NCBI GenBank assembly: GCA_965216635.1
Contig: OZ244188.1
Coordinates: 864,001-928,000 of the forward strand
DNA: 64,000 bases
Reading direction: 5' to 3'
Origin: a bacterium
GTDB lineage: Bacteria; SAR324; XYD2-FULL-50-16; G965216635
Positions 10,087 through 20,164 of this stretch are shown one piece after another (position 1 is the stretch's first letter; each line of letters begins with the position of its first letter). The notes under the pieces are model-generated. The model ran no database searches, was not told where the DNA came from, and worked only from the letters and a program-made list of their open reading frames with translations. Both the position numbers and the translations under genes were made by a program.

Positions 10087-13000
10087 ATTTCAAAAAACAA
10101 AGTAGGAAAAATTCAATCACACAACAATTAGTGGAGAAAAAAAATATAGGACAAAAAAAAATCAACAAAGTTTTAATTATAGGTAGTGCTGCTCTTAAAA
10201 TAGGCGAAGCTGGAGAATTTGATTATTCAGGGAGTCAAGCCATTAAAGCCCTCAAAGATGAAAATATAAAAACAGTCCTTATCAATCCCAATATAGCTAC
10301 AATTCAAACTTCTGCAGATTTGGCAGATAAATTATATTTGCTACCTATTCAGCCCAATATTATAGAAGAAATCATTAAAAAAGAAAAAAAACCTATCAAT
10401 GGAAAGAGTTGCCCTATTGATGGCATATTGCTTTCTTTTGGGGGACAAACTGCTCTTAATTGTGGGCTTACTTTGGAAGAACAGGGTATCTTAAAAAAAC
10501 ACAATATAGAAGTATTAGGTACTTCTCCCGATACTATCCGAATTACCGAAGACAGAAAACTTTTTAACCAACAACTAGCAAAAATTCAGGTAAAATTCAC
10601 TCGCAGTCACGCTGTAGGTTCTGTAGATAAGGCTTTAAAAGCAGCAGAAAAAATAGGTTACCCAGTAATGGTTCGTATTGCTTTTGCTTTAGGTGGATTA
10701 GGCTCAGGGGTTTGTAGAAATTCTACAGAGTTAAAAAAACTCACCTCAGATGCTTTTCACTATACCCATCAAGTTTTAATAGAAGAATATTTGCAAGGTT
10801 GGAAAGAAGTAGAATACGAAGTTGTGCGTGATAGCTACGACAACTGTATTACTGTTTGTAATATGGAAAATTTAGACCCACTAGGAATTCATACGGGAGA
10901 ATCTATTGTGATTGCTCCTAGTCAAACTCTTTCCAATCAAGAGTATTTTTATTTGAGAGAAATTGCGATTAAATGTATTCGTCATTTAAAAGTTATCGGT
11001 GAGTGTAATATTCAATACGCTCTACATCCTAAAACAGGTGACTATAGAATAATTGAAGTAAACGCCCGTCTATCGCGTAGCTCGGCTTTAGCGTCTAAAG
11101 CTACTGGTTATCCTTTAGCCTATATCGCTGCAAAACTCTCTTTGGGTTACGCTCTTACTGAAATTGAAAATTCGGTTACAAAAAAAACTCAAGCCTGCTT
11201 TGAACCTTCTTTAGACTATGTAGTTGTCAAGATGCCTCGGTGGGATTTAAAAAAATTCCAAAATGTTACTAAAAAAATCGGTTCTAGTATGAAATCAGTC
11301 GGTGAAGTTATGGCAATTTCTCGCTCATTCAAAGAATCTTTGCAAAAGGCTATTCGTATGTTGGATTTGGGATTTTCTGGTTTTATAGAAGAAAAAACTG
11401 TGTCTCTTTGTGCTAGCAAAGCAAAAATTATAGAAGAATTAAAAAACCCTACCGACGAAAGAATTTATGTATTAGCTCAAGCCTTATTAAAAGGGATGAC
11501 TGTAGAAGAAATTCACCGTTATAGTTTTATTGATAAGTGGTTTTTATATCAATTAGAAGAGCTCGTAGAAACCTATCAAAAAATCAAAAAAATTGTGTTT
11601 TCTAAACTCAAGAAAGAAGAATTACAAGAATTTAAAGATAGTGGGTTTTCTGATTTTCAAATAGCTCAAGCCCTGAAAATAGAAAAAAAAGCAATAACAG
11701 AAAAAAAATTGCGAGATTTTCGCTATAAAAACAAAATTCACCCTTCAGTCAAACAAATAGATACTCTCGCAGGAGAATACCCCGCTCAGACTAATTATCT
11801 TTACTTGACCTATAACGCAAATGAAGACGATATAGAATCTACTTCTAAAAAAGCTATTATTACACTAGGTTCTGGATGTTACCGTATTGGTAGTTCTGTA
11901 GAATTTGATTGGTGCTGTGTCAATGCAGTCAAACAGGTGACAAAATCTGGTTACTGCTCCGTTTTAATTAATTTTAATCCTGAGACTGTTTCTACAGACT
12001 ACGATCTAGCCGATAGACTTTATTTTGACGAAATTAGTTTAGAAACTGTTTTAGAAATTTACCGCAAAGAACAAGCGGATGGCATTATTGTTTCTATGGG
12101 AGGGCAAACTGCTAATAACCTCGTTTTATCGCTAGAAAAGGCAAAGGTTAAAATACTCGGCACTCCAGCTACACAAATTGACCGAGCTGAAGATAGGCAT
12201 AAATTTTCTTCTATGCTAGATAAATTACAAATAAAACAACCTCAATGGACAGAAGTGCAATCAAATAAATCTGCACTTCAATTTGCAAGAAAAGTGGGGT
12301 ATCCAGTATTGGTTAGACCTTCCTATGTACTCAGTGGGGCTGCGATGGGTGTGGCTACTTCTGATAAAGATTTAGGTAAATTTTTAGATAAAACTACTCT
12401 TATTTCTCCTGATTATCCAGTAGTGATTTCTCAATTTTTAGAAGAATCTAAAGAAATAGAATTTGATGCCGTAGCTTGCAAAGGAGAAATCATTGTTTTT
12501 GCTATCTCTGAACATGTAGAAAACGCTGGCGTGCATTCAGGGGATGCTACTTTAGTTTTACCACCGCAGAGGCTTTATATTGAAACTCTCAAACAAGTAG
12601 AAACCGTAGCCAAGCAAATTGCAGCCAATTTACAGGTGAGCGGGCCTTTCAATATCCAGTTTTTAGCTAAGGAAAATAAAATTCTTGTTATAGAGTGCAA
12701 TTTAAGAGCTAGTCGCAGTTTTCCTTTTGTCTCTAAGGTAACCAAAATTAATTTTATTGACCTAGCTACCCGTGTTATTTTAGGGGAAAAATTAAAAAAA
12801 CTTGCAAATCCTTATCTCTCCCTAGATTATGTAGGAATTAAAGCATCACAATTTTCTTTTACACGCCTTTCAGGTGCTGACCCCACTTTAGGCGTGGAAA
12901 TGGCATCTACAGGAGAAGTAGGTTGTCTTGGAGAAAACTTTTATGAGGCTTTACTGAAATCTCTGGCATCCGTTGGTATGAAATTAAATTTAAAAAAAAT

Positions 13001-13391
13001 ACTTCTTTCTAGTGGACCCGAAAAAAAAAAACACAATCTTTTAGCTAGCTGTAAAAAATTGCAATCCATAGGAGTAAAGATTTACGCCACTTGGGGTACA
13101 CAAAAATTTTTACACAAATATGGTGTAAAAGCTACTTCAATCTCTTGGCCCGATAGAAATAAAAACCACAATGTTTTAACACTTATAGAGAAAGAAAAAC
13201 TAGATTTAATCGTGAATATCCCTAAATCTTTTCAAGAAAAAGAAATCACAAACGATTACAAAATTCGTAGAAAAGCCGTAGATTCTGCCGTGCCTTTAAT
13301 CACTAATGGGGAGCTTTTTATTCGCTATGTGGAAACGTTAGAATCTTATCAAAACCAAAAATGGAAATACAAATCTTGGAATGAATACTAG
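10083..13391 (+). CDS. carB: Carbamoyl-phosphate synthase large subunit
   Basis: Motifs GEFDYSGSQA, HTGES, EVNARLSRSSALASKATGYP, RPSYVLSG, HSGDA, and a C-terminal MGS-like domain. Confidence 0.98.
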   Translation: MNFKKQSRKNSITQQLVEKKNIGQKKINKVLIIGSAALKIGEAGEFDYSGSQAIKALKDENIKTVLINPNIATIQTSADLADKLYLLPIQPNIIEEIIKKEKKPINGKSCPIDGILLSFGGQTALNCGLTLEEQGILKKHNIEVLGTSPDTIRITEDRKLFNQQLAKIQVKFTRSHAVGSVDKALKAAEKIGYPVMVRIAFALGGLGSGVCRNSTELKKLTSDAFHYTHQVLIEEYLQGWKEVEYEVVRDSYDNCITVCNMENLDPLGIHTGESIVIAPSQTLSNQEYFYLREIAIKCIRHLKVIGECNIQYALHPKTGDYRIIEVNARLSRSSALASKATGYPLAYIAAKLSLGYALTEIENSVTKKTQACFEPSLDYVVVKMPRWDLKKFQNVTKKIGSSMKSVGEVMAISRSFKESLQKAIRMLDLGFSGFIEEKTVSLCASKAKIIEELKNPTDERIYVLAQALLKGMTVEEIHRYSFIDKWFLYQLEELVETYQKIKKIVFSKLKKEELQEFKDSGFSDFQIAQALKIEKKAITEKKLRDFRYKNKIHPSVKQIDTLAGEYPAQTNYLYLTYNANEDDIESTSKKAIITLGSGCYRIGSSVEFDWCCVNAVKQVTKSGYCSVLINFNPETVSTDYDLADRLYFDEISLETVLEIYRKEQADGIIVSMGGQTANNLVLSLEKAKVKILGTPATQIDRAEDRHKFSSMLDKLQIKQPQWTEVQSNKSALQFARKVGYPVLVRPSYVLSGAAMGVATSDKDLGKFLDKTTLISPDYPVVISQFLEESKEIEFDAVACKGEIIVFAISEHVENAGVHSGDATLVLPPQRLYIETLKQVETVAKQIAANLQVSGPFNIQFLAKENKILVIECNLRASRSFPFVSKVTKINFIDLATRVILGEKLKKLANPYLSLDYVGIKASQFSFTRLSGADPTLGVEMASTGEVGCLGENFYEALLKSLASVGMKLNLKKILLSSGPEKKKHNLLASCKKLQSIGVKIYATWGTQKFLHKYGVKATSISWPDRNKNHNVLTLIEKEKLDLIVNIPKSFQEKEITNDYKIRRKAVDSAVPLITNGELFIRYVETLESYQNQKWKYKSWNEY

Positions 13392-15162
13392 AGGCATTAG
13401 GAAACTATTAAAAGATATAAAAAGAAAACATTTGCTTAGGAATCTTTCCAGAAAAGTATTCCTAAATCATATCAATTCGTTGCTATTTTTAGCTGTTTTA
13501 GCAGGTATAGCAACGGGTTTTTTATCTGTTCTTTTCCGTAGTATGTTGGAGCATAGTGGAGATTTTGTGAAAATTGTAACTATTTGGTTACAGACAAATA
13601 TCCATAATTATAGCGTTGCTATAATTCCAATAGCGGGAGCTATTATTCTTGTGATTTTAATGAGGATATTTCCTTTTGTTGTTGGTGGTTATAGTATGCC
13701 CAACTTCCTTAAAGCCGTTCATTTACAAGGGGGACTTATTAAAACAAGGGAAATTTTTGCTAAAATGATAACTACTACTATCACGATTACTAGCGGAGGT
13801 TCGGTTGGAGTAGAAGGACCTATAGCTCAGATCGGAGGAGCAGCAGGTTCTAAAATAGGACGGATTTTTTCTATGTCTACCAATCGTTTAAAGGTGTTGA
13901 TTGCTTGTGGTTCGGCGTCTGCAATTGCAGCTCAATTCAATGCACCTTTGGCTGGAGTTTTATTTGCTCAAGAAGTGATTATGTTAGGCAATTTTGGATT
14001 GGAATCTTTTGGCGCTATTGTTATTGCTTGCGGTGTGGCTACTGCTATTTCAAGGTCTTACTATTCCGATGTAGCTCTTTTTGAGGTTTTGAATTACCAA
14101 CTACAATTTTCTGATTTTTTACTCGTCTGTGTGTTGGGAGTATTACTGGGTTTGTTAAGTTGTGTTTTTATTCGTATATTTTATTCTACAGCGAGCGTAT
14201 TTCAAAAGATGACTATTTCTCCATTATCCAAACCTATTGTCGGAGCAGCTATTGTTGGTTGCTTGGGATTACTGTCTGCCGGAATTTTAGGAGAAGGATA
14301 CGATGTTATCCGTTCCACTTTGCATTTTAACAATTTTACCATAGGTGCTTTGATTTTGTTGTTTGTGCTGAAAATTATAGCAACTTCGGTGACTATTGGC
14401 TCTGGTAATGTAGGTGGAATTTTTGGACCTTCTTTATTTATTGGAGCTGTTTTTGGCGCACTTTTTGGATTACTAATCCATACTTTTACTAGTTTACAAA
14501 TACAAACTTGGTTTTTTGCTTTGGTAGGGATGGGAGCCTTTTTAGCAGCTACTACTCACGCTCCGCTTACTTCTATTTTCTTACTTTTTGAATTAACAGG
14601 GGATTTTGAAGTTATCGTGCCCGCAATGTTTGCTTCTATTATAGGAACCTCTCTAACCAAGACGATAATGAAAGAATCCATAGATACTATGCAATTAGCA
14701 CAAGAAGGGATTCATTTAGAAGAAGGCAGAGAGGTAAATATCTTGCAATCTATTGAAACCAACCAAGTGATGCATAAAGATTTCACTTATTTGCACGAAA
14801 GCGATAGTTTTGCTACTCTATTGAAATTGATGCCAAAACATAAAAAACATTACTATCCTATTTTCAATGATAAAAATAAATTTACTGGAATTGTAACTTT
14901 TCAAATTATTCAAGAGATTATTTTAAGAGAAGAATTAAAAGACTTACTCGTTATGAAAGATATTATGTCAACAAGTTTAACTACACTGAACAGTAAAGAT
15001 AATCTTTCTGATGCTTTGCATATTTTTAGCATTAAAGATTTAGAAGTTTTGCCTGTTGTGCATAAAAAAGATAAAAACCAAATTGTAGGAATGCTCTATC
15101 AGAGAGATATTATTGATAAGTATAATAGTGCTTTAGCTACACACAATTTTAAAAAAGAATGA
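13381..15162 (+). CDS. ClC-family chloride channel/transporter with CBS domains
   Basis: Motifs GSVGVEGP, FNAPLAG, GGIFGPSL, HAPLT, and a soluble C-terminal CBS pair. Confidence 0.92.
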   Translation: MNTRGIRKLLKDIKRKHLLRNLSRKVFLNHINSLLFLAVLAGIATGFLSVLFRSMLEHSGDFVKIVTIWLQTNIHNYSVAIIPIAGAIILVILMRIFPFVVGGYSMPNFLKAVHLQGGLIKTREIFAKMITTTITITSGGSVGVEGPIAQIGGAAGSKIGRIFSMSTNRLKVLIACGSASAIAAQFNAPLAGVLFAQEVIMLGNFGLESFGAIVIACGVATAISRSYYSDVALFEVLNYQLQFSDFLLVCVLGVLLGLLSCVFIRIFYSTASVFQKMTISPLSKPIVGAAIVGCLGLLSAGILGEGYDVIRSTLHFNNFTIGALILLFVLKIIATSVTIGSGNVGGIFGPSLFIGAVFGALFGLLIHTFTSLQIQTWFFALVGMGAFLAATTHAPLTSIFLLFELTGDFEVIVPAMFASIIGTSLTKTIMKESIDTMQLAQEGIHLEEGREVNILQSIETNQVMHKDFTYLHESDSFATLLKLMPKHKKHYYPIFNDKNKFTGIVTFQIIQEIILREELKDLLVMKDIMSTSLTTLNSKDNLSDALHIFSIKDLEVLPVVHKKDKNQIVGMLYQRDIIDKYNSALATHNFKKE

Positions 15163-18068
15163 AAAAAAAATTAAAACACCTTTTATGGATTAAACTGTTA
15201 TTTGTCTATCTATTATTTTTCTCTGCTTCTCTACTAGCGACAGAAACTACTGAAAGAGTTGAATTAATAAAAGCAAAAAACGACCACCGTGATTATCGCT
15301 ATATTGAATTAAAAAATGGTATCACAGCTGTTCTGATTTCTGATCCTAGTGCACAAAAAGCAGCTGCTGCCATAGATGTAGGTGTAGGAAGTTTTGATAA
15401 CCCTTTGGGAAGAGAAGGAATAGCTCATTTCTTAGAGCATGTTCTTTTTTTAGGAAATAAAAAATATCCTGATACAAAAGGATTTAGTGATTTTTTAAAT
15501 CAACACGGAGGATATAACAATGCTTATACAAGTAGTAAAAATACAAATTATCATTTTACAGTCAATTCTGCTTACCTAGAAGAAGCCTTAGATCGGTTAT
15601 CACAATTTTTTATTAGCCCTCTTTTTAGTGAGAAATATATTCAAAAAGAAACCAACGCTGTCCATTCCGAACATCAGAAAAATCTGCAATCGGAGTTTTT
15701 GCGTAGTTATTCTGTAATTAAATCCCTTGCAAATCCCAGACATCCTTTCGCTAACTTTAGTACGGGTAACAAAAATACTCTTTCTAAAATTCCCAACTTA
15801 AGAAAAGAAGTCATTTCCTTTTACCAGAAAAACTATAGTCCAAACCTCATCAAGATTGCTGTTTTGGGCAAAGAGCCTTTAGATAAATTAGAAAAGATGT
15901 TGCGAGAAAAATTTCAACCTATTAAAAAACGAGTCCATAAAATAAGACGTTCTTCCACAAAAGCATTTCATACAAGCGATGTTCCGTTTTCTATTCAAAT
16001 TCAATCATTAAAAAAAATACGTCAACTTAATCTGCTTTTTGAAATAGATTCTACTCGCCCTTATTTTGCTCAAAAACCAGTTTATTATATTTCCAATTTA
16101 CTAGGACACGAAGGCAAAGGAAGTCTGTTTTCTTATCTTAAAAAAAAACAATGGGTGATTTCTTTAAGTGCAGGGCACTGGTCAGAACTAATAAAAACAG
16201 ATATTTTTTCTGTGCGTATGGAACTAACCCCAGAGGGAGAAAAAAATATTTCTAGCATAGTTAAAACATTTTTTAATTATTTACATTTGATGGAAAAAGA
16301 AGCCATTGCTGATTGGCGCTTTGATGAAATGAAAAAAATCTCAGATTTAAATTTTCATCATCAAGATTTACCTACACCTCTAGCCTTAGTGCAAAAATTA
16401 TCTTCAAACCAACATTACTACAAACCAAAAAATCTCATTAACGCAGCTTGGTATTTTGATGAATTTCAACCTCAAACTATTCAAAAATTTTTAAAGCAAA
16501 TAAACCCCAATCGTTTGATTTTAGTTTATAATTCTCCTCAAAATATTGCTGATGCTAAAACAGAAAAATGGTATAAAACTAAATACCGCACTCGTTCCAT
16601 TTCCACTAAGGAAATAAGTGATTGGAAAAATTATGAAAAAAATCCCTTTATTTTACCTTTAGCCAATGATTTTCTGCCTACAGAAAATCCCACTTTTTAT
16701 AGCTCAGAAAAAAAAAGATACAAGCAACCTATTTCTAAAATTCCTACAAGAAAAGGATACCAAGTCCATTATGTAGAAAATAACCAATTTCAAGTTCCTA
16801 AGGTGAAAGTTTTTTTAGATTTAGACATTCCCAAAGCCTACTCCGATCCTAAAAACGCAATGCTTGCCAAAATTTTTACTTGGTTAATCAAAGATTCTTT
16901 AAACGAATCTTTATACCCTGCAAACCTTGTAGATTATTTTTTTCAAATACGGGCTACAGCAGAAGGTTTTCAACTCATTTTTGAAGGCTACCCCGAAAAA
17001 ATAGAATTGTTTGTTGACACAATCCTACATTCCATAACCAAAACATCTTTTTCTAAAGATCGTTTTGCCATTGCTAAACAAAAGATAACAGAAGAAAGAC
17101 AGAACTTAGAATTTGCACCTTCTTACAGGATTGCTTTATATGAATTTTTTCAATTAACACAAAAACCTTTATGGCACAACCAAGAATACCTAGAAATTTT
17201 AGAACAAATAGACTTTGGCGAAATTAAATCTTTTAGAAAAAAGATTTTCCGTAGTATGCAGATCAATCTTTTTGCTTTTGGAAATCTGAATCAAGAGCTT
17301 GTTTCACAACTTTTCCAAGTAACAAAAAAACAAATTTCTTTTCGCCAAATTGCCGAGGTAGCTCCTAAAAAAATTCTTAATATTGCAGCTGGAGAAAAAT
17401 ATTTTTTACAAAAATCAGTAAAAGATGTCAATTTTTCCATTGTTTTAGCCTACCAACATCCTAATAGAGATTTGGCTACTAATGTTAGAATGAATTTATT
17501 AGAAACTATAATAAAAGATGATTTTTACGATTTTATTCGCACAAATGAACAACTAGGTTACATAGTTTGGTCAAACTATTCTGGAGTATTAGATACCAAT
17601 GCTTTTATGTTCATAGTGCAATCTCCCAATGCCAAACCTGAACTTTTGCGAGAAAAAATAGAAGGCTTTTTAAGTTCTTTTCAAAAGACGATCCAAAAAT
17701 TATCCCACAAAGAATTTCAAAAGCTTATTCAATCTTTAAAAGAAATTTACGATTTAAAACCAGATAATTTTAGGGCAACAGGAAATTTTTATTATTCTGC
17801 AGTTCAAAATAAAGACTACAATTTGCAACTAAAAGCAGAACTGAAAAGTAAATTGGCTGAAGTGAGTTTGGAAGATTTTAAGCAGTTTTATGAAGATTTA
17901 TTTTTAAACGACGAAACAACAAGAAAATTTTTAGTTCAAACTGTAAGAGCAAATAGTCAAACCGATAAACCCGCTCCACACTTTACTCCTATAGAAAATA
18001 GAAAAAAATTCAAAGAAGAAGCTACTTTCTCTCCTATAATAAAAGAAGAAATTTTTTTATTCCCTTAG
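15159..18068 (+). CDS. M16A insulinase-family (pitrilysin/PtrA-like) exported zinc peptidase
   Basis: Inverted zinc motif HFLEH, 'IRTNEQLGYIV', signal peptide, 969 aa. Confidence 0.92.
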   Translation: MKKKLKHLLWIKLLFVYLLFFSASLLATETTERVELIKAKNDHRDYRYIELKNGITAVLISDPSAQKAAAAIDVGVGSFDNPLGREGIAHFLEHVLFLGNKKYPDTKGFSDFLNQHGGYNNAYTSSKNTNYHFTVNSAYLEEALDRLSQFFISPLFSEKYIQKETNAVHSEHQKNLQSEFLRSYSVIKSLANPRHPFANFSTGNKNTLSKIPNLRKEVISFYQKNYSPNLIKIAVLGKEPLDKLEKMLREKFQPIKKRVHKIRRSSTKAFHTSDVPFSIQIQSLKKIRQLNLLFEIDSTRPYFAQKPVYYISNLLGHEGKGSLFSYLKKKQWVISLSAGHWSELIKTDIFSVRMELTPEGEKNISSIVKTFFNYLHLMEKEAIADWRFDEMKKISDLNFHHQDLPTPLALVQKLSSNQHYYKPKNLINAAWYFDEFQPQTIQKFLKQINPNRLILVYNSPQNIADAKTEKWYKTKYRTRSISTKEISDWKNYEKNPFILPLANDFLPTENPTFYSSEKKRYKQPISKIPTRKGYQVHYVENNQFQVPKVKVFLDLDIPKAYSDPKNAMLAKIFTWLIKDSLNESLYPANLVDYFFQIRATAEGFQLIFEGYPEKIELFVDTILHSITKTSFSKDRFAIAKQKITEERQNLEFAPSYRIALYEFFQLTQKPLWHNQEYLEILEQIDFGEIKSFRKKIFRSMQINLFAFGNLNQELVSQLFQVTKKQISFRQIAEVAPKKILNIAAGEKYFLQKSVKDVNFSIVLAYQHPNRDLATNVRMNLLETIIKDDFYDFIRTNEQLGYIVWSNYSGVLDTNAFMFIVQSPNAKPELLREKIEGFLSSFQKTIQKLSHKEFQKLIQSLKEIYDLKPDNFRATGNFYYSAVQNKDYNLQLKAELKSKLAEVSLEDFKQFYEDLFLNDETTRKFLVQTVRANSQTDKPAPHFTPIENRKKFKEEATFSPIIKEEIFLFP

Positions 18069-18263
18069 GAGACCTTTGCCCGAAAAGTTTGAATTAGCGT
18101 TCTGTTTAGCCTATTCAAAGTTAAAAAAAAATTTTAACTCTTGCCATTTGTGAAGAAACGCTCTCCAGTATTCCTGCAAGCTAATTTTTTTTTGCACCTG
18201 TTATAACCATTTGGCTAGCCGTCACAGCTGGTTTTGTCCTATTCGGCAAATTCAAAGGTCTCC
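18068..18263. mobile_element. MITE-like palindromic element copy
   Basis: Ends GGAGACCTTTG / CAAAGGTCTCC. It shares the GCACCTGTT(A/C)TAACCATTTGGCTAGCC module. It lies between convergent genes. Confidence 0.75.
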
Positions 18264-18267
18264 CTAG

Positions 18268-19125
18268 CTACTCTTTGATGATAATATTCTCCTCGTTTTC
18301 TTTTTGTCTGAGATTTTTTCCTGTAATTTCAATCAAGTGACACATCTCTGTTATCCTAGAAAAAGTAGACAAAGAAATTCTATGTTGTAGATTGTTCGTT
18401 ATGGGATACCCTTCTGTTGTTTCTTTTTTTTTCGTTCCCTTCGTTTTTAAATCGTAGCTTGTAGTAAAGATAGTTCTTTTTTTTGCGTTGTATCTTTGGT
18501 TGATAATTTTGTCAATAATACTAATTTCCCATTCGCTATTCTTTCCTTTTCCTAGTTCATCTAGAATCAAAATAGGAATTCTTGCCATTTCTTCTAAAAG
18601 TTCTGCTTCTGATTCTTGTTTTCCGTAGCGTGCTTTTATGCGGTTTAATAATTCAGGAAATTCAATAAAAAAACAGGCTTCTTGTTTTTCTAAAATCAAC
18701 TCTTTAGTTAAAGCACACGCGAGAGTTGTTTTGCCGCAACCTATCTCTCCTGAAAACAATAATCCATCTTTTTTATCTGGTTTTTTCACAAAGGCTATGG
18801 CTTTCTTATAAGCAGCAGCTAATGAGGAATTAGAATTGTCTATGTGTAACGAAACCTCTCCAAAACGAGCTGGAATTTGGGCTTGATTAAAAAGAGATAT
18901 TTTCTTTTGTAGTGGCAGACAAATAGGACAAATAGACAAAATTTCTCTTTTTTCTTTGTCTTCTTTTTTTTGGTAGCCTTTTCCAAAACACACAGGGCAT
19001 TTATGAAAACAACTAGGACAGGGAATTAGTTTTGCGTAAAAACCTATTCCTACTGTATCTTCTAGTTTATAGCTTTTAGAATTGCATTCTTGACAGTGTT
19101 CGTTTTTTAAGTGTTCTGTTTTCAT
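18268..19125 (-). CDS. DnaC/IstB-like AAA+ ATPase with N-terminal Cys-rich Zn-binding region
   Basis: Several CxxC motifs, 'AQIPARF', Walker A GEIGCGKT, Walker B LILDELG, and 'IINQRYN'. Confidence 0.85.
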   Translation of the reverse strand: MKTEHLKNEHCQECNSKSYKLEDTVGIGFYAKLIPCPSCFHKCPVCFGKGYQKKEDKEKREILSICPICLPLQKKISLFNQAQIPARFGEVSLHIDNSNSSLAAAYKKAIAFVKKPDKKDGLLFSGEIGCGKTTLACALTKELILEKQEACFFIEFPELLNRIKARYGKQESEAELLEEMARIPILILDELGKGKNSEWEISIIDKIINQRYNAKKRTIFTTSYDLKTKGTKKKETTEGYPITNNLQHRISLSTFSRITEMCHLIEITGKNLRQKENEENIIIKE

Positions 19126-19469
19126 TATATTTCTACCTCTAAAGGCAATAAATGTTTCTTTTTTTGATTACAACTTTTGCAGCTAGGAATTACATTTCTT
19201 TTAATAGATTTACCTCCTCTACTCAAACTGATTTTGTGATCCATAGTGAGCTCTTTTGGATGAAAATTTTCTTTACAGTAATAACACTGATTTTTGGCAA
19301 GCTGATTTTTCCACCAAGCAGTTTTTTTTAAGCATTGTGCTTTTTTTCTCTCGTTAATAATTACAGTAGGTTCTATTCTAGCTATATTATAGATGCTTTC
19401 TTGAAAATCTTGCTTGCCAGTTTCATTTTTGCCAGTTTTATTTTTGCCAGTCCATTTTTGCCAGTCCAT
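19125..19469 (-). CDS. Small HNH endonuclease
   Basis: CYYC...TMDHKISLSRGG...NVIPSCKSCN. The stop overlaps the ATPase start by one base. Confidence 0.85.
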   Translation of the reverse strand: MDWQKWTGKNKTGKNETGKQDFQESIYNIARIEPTVIINERKKAQCLKKTAWWKNQLAKNQCYYCKENFHPKELTMDHKISLSRGGKSIKRNVIPSCKSCNQKKKHLLPLEVEI

Positions 19470-19480
19470 TTTTGCCAGTT
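19413..19480. repeat. Short tandem repeat, 5 copies with core TTTTGCCAGT, at the HNH 5' end
   Basis: GCCAGT at 19416, 19431, 19446, 19460, 19474 (spacing 15, 15, 14, 14). Confidence 0.85.
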
Positions 19481-19522
19481 GCCTTTATTTTTCATTTAAA
19501 GGTCTCGGTTTAAGATTTCAGT

Positions 19523-20164
19523 TTATTGGGAAGATTTCTTTTTTATCTTTTTAAAAAGAGTAGGGCTATCCCATTTTGCCTCTGCTTTTCCTTGCAAGCT
19601 ACCAAGTTGTAACTTTAAAATTTCCGTTGGTTTTTCAGAACTTCTAACTGCTGTTACTAGATAGAGATCTGTCCAATTGTCGTAATAATAAAAATTTTTT
19701 TCTAAAAAAAAGGAGTAAATATCTTTTTTCTTCAACTTTTTTACTTCTGTTTTGTAGTACTCTCCCTCAGGGTTATCTTTTACGAAAAATTTCCAGTGAG
19801 AATCAGGGTTTTGCAATTCTGAACGAGATTTTTGAAAGGAGATAAAAACAAAAAAGCTATAAAGGTTATTATGTTCCTGTTGGTGCTGTTTCAAAAGCTC
19901 TTTTTTGTCTTCGTAGTAAGAATCTGTATAATTTTCTATAAAAAGCTTTCTTAATTCCCAATCAAAATAAAGAGCATCCATAATGACTACTCTTCTGTAG
20001 TCTTTGTAAAAGTTCGCGGTACGTGTTTTATCTATTATAAGATTTTTGATTACATCATTTTTTGGCTTTATTAAGCTACGGTTTCTAGCTGTGGAGCAAG
20101 AAACAAAACCGCTCAAAAGAAGCATTAAAATAAGCAATGTTTTAGTGTAAGAAATCTCTTTCAT
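19523..20164 (-). CDS. Hypothetical lipoprotein
   Basis: Likely start MKEISY... overlapping the murJ stop. Lipobox-like GFVSC. Confidence 0.6.
   Translation of the reverse strand: MKEISYTKTLLILMLLLSGFVSCSTARNRSLIKPKNDVIKNLIIDKTRTANFYKDYRRVVIMDALYFDWELRKLFIENYTDSYYEDKKELLKQHQQEHNNLYSFFVFISFQKSRSELQNPDSHWKFFVKDNPEGEYYKTEVKKLKKKDIYSFFLEKNFYYYDNWTDLYLVTAVRSSEKPTEILKLQLGSLQGKAEAKWDSPTLFKKIKKKSSQ

Noticed and set aside
18268..19469. IS21 element or prophage (IstB-like ATPase + HNH)
   Set aside because: There is no IstA transposase, terminal repeats, integrase or phage structural genes. The genes sit in an operon-like run after murJ.
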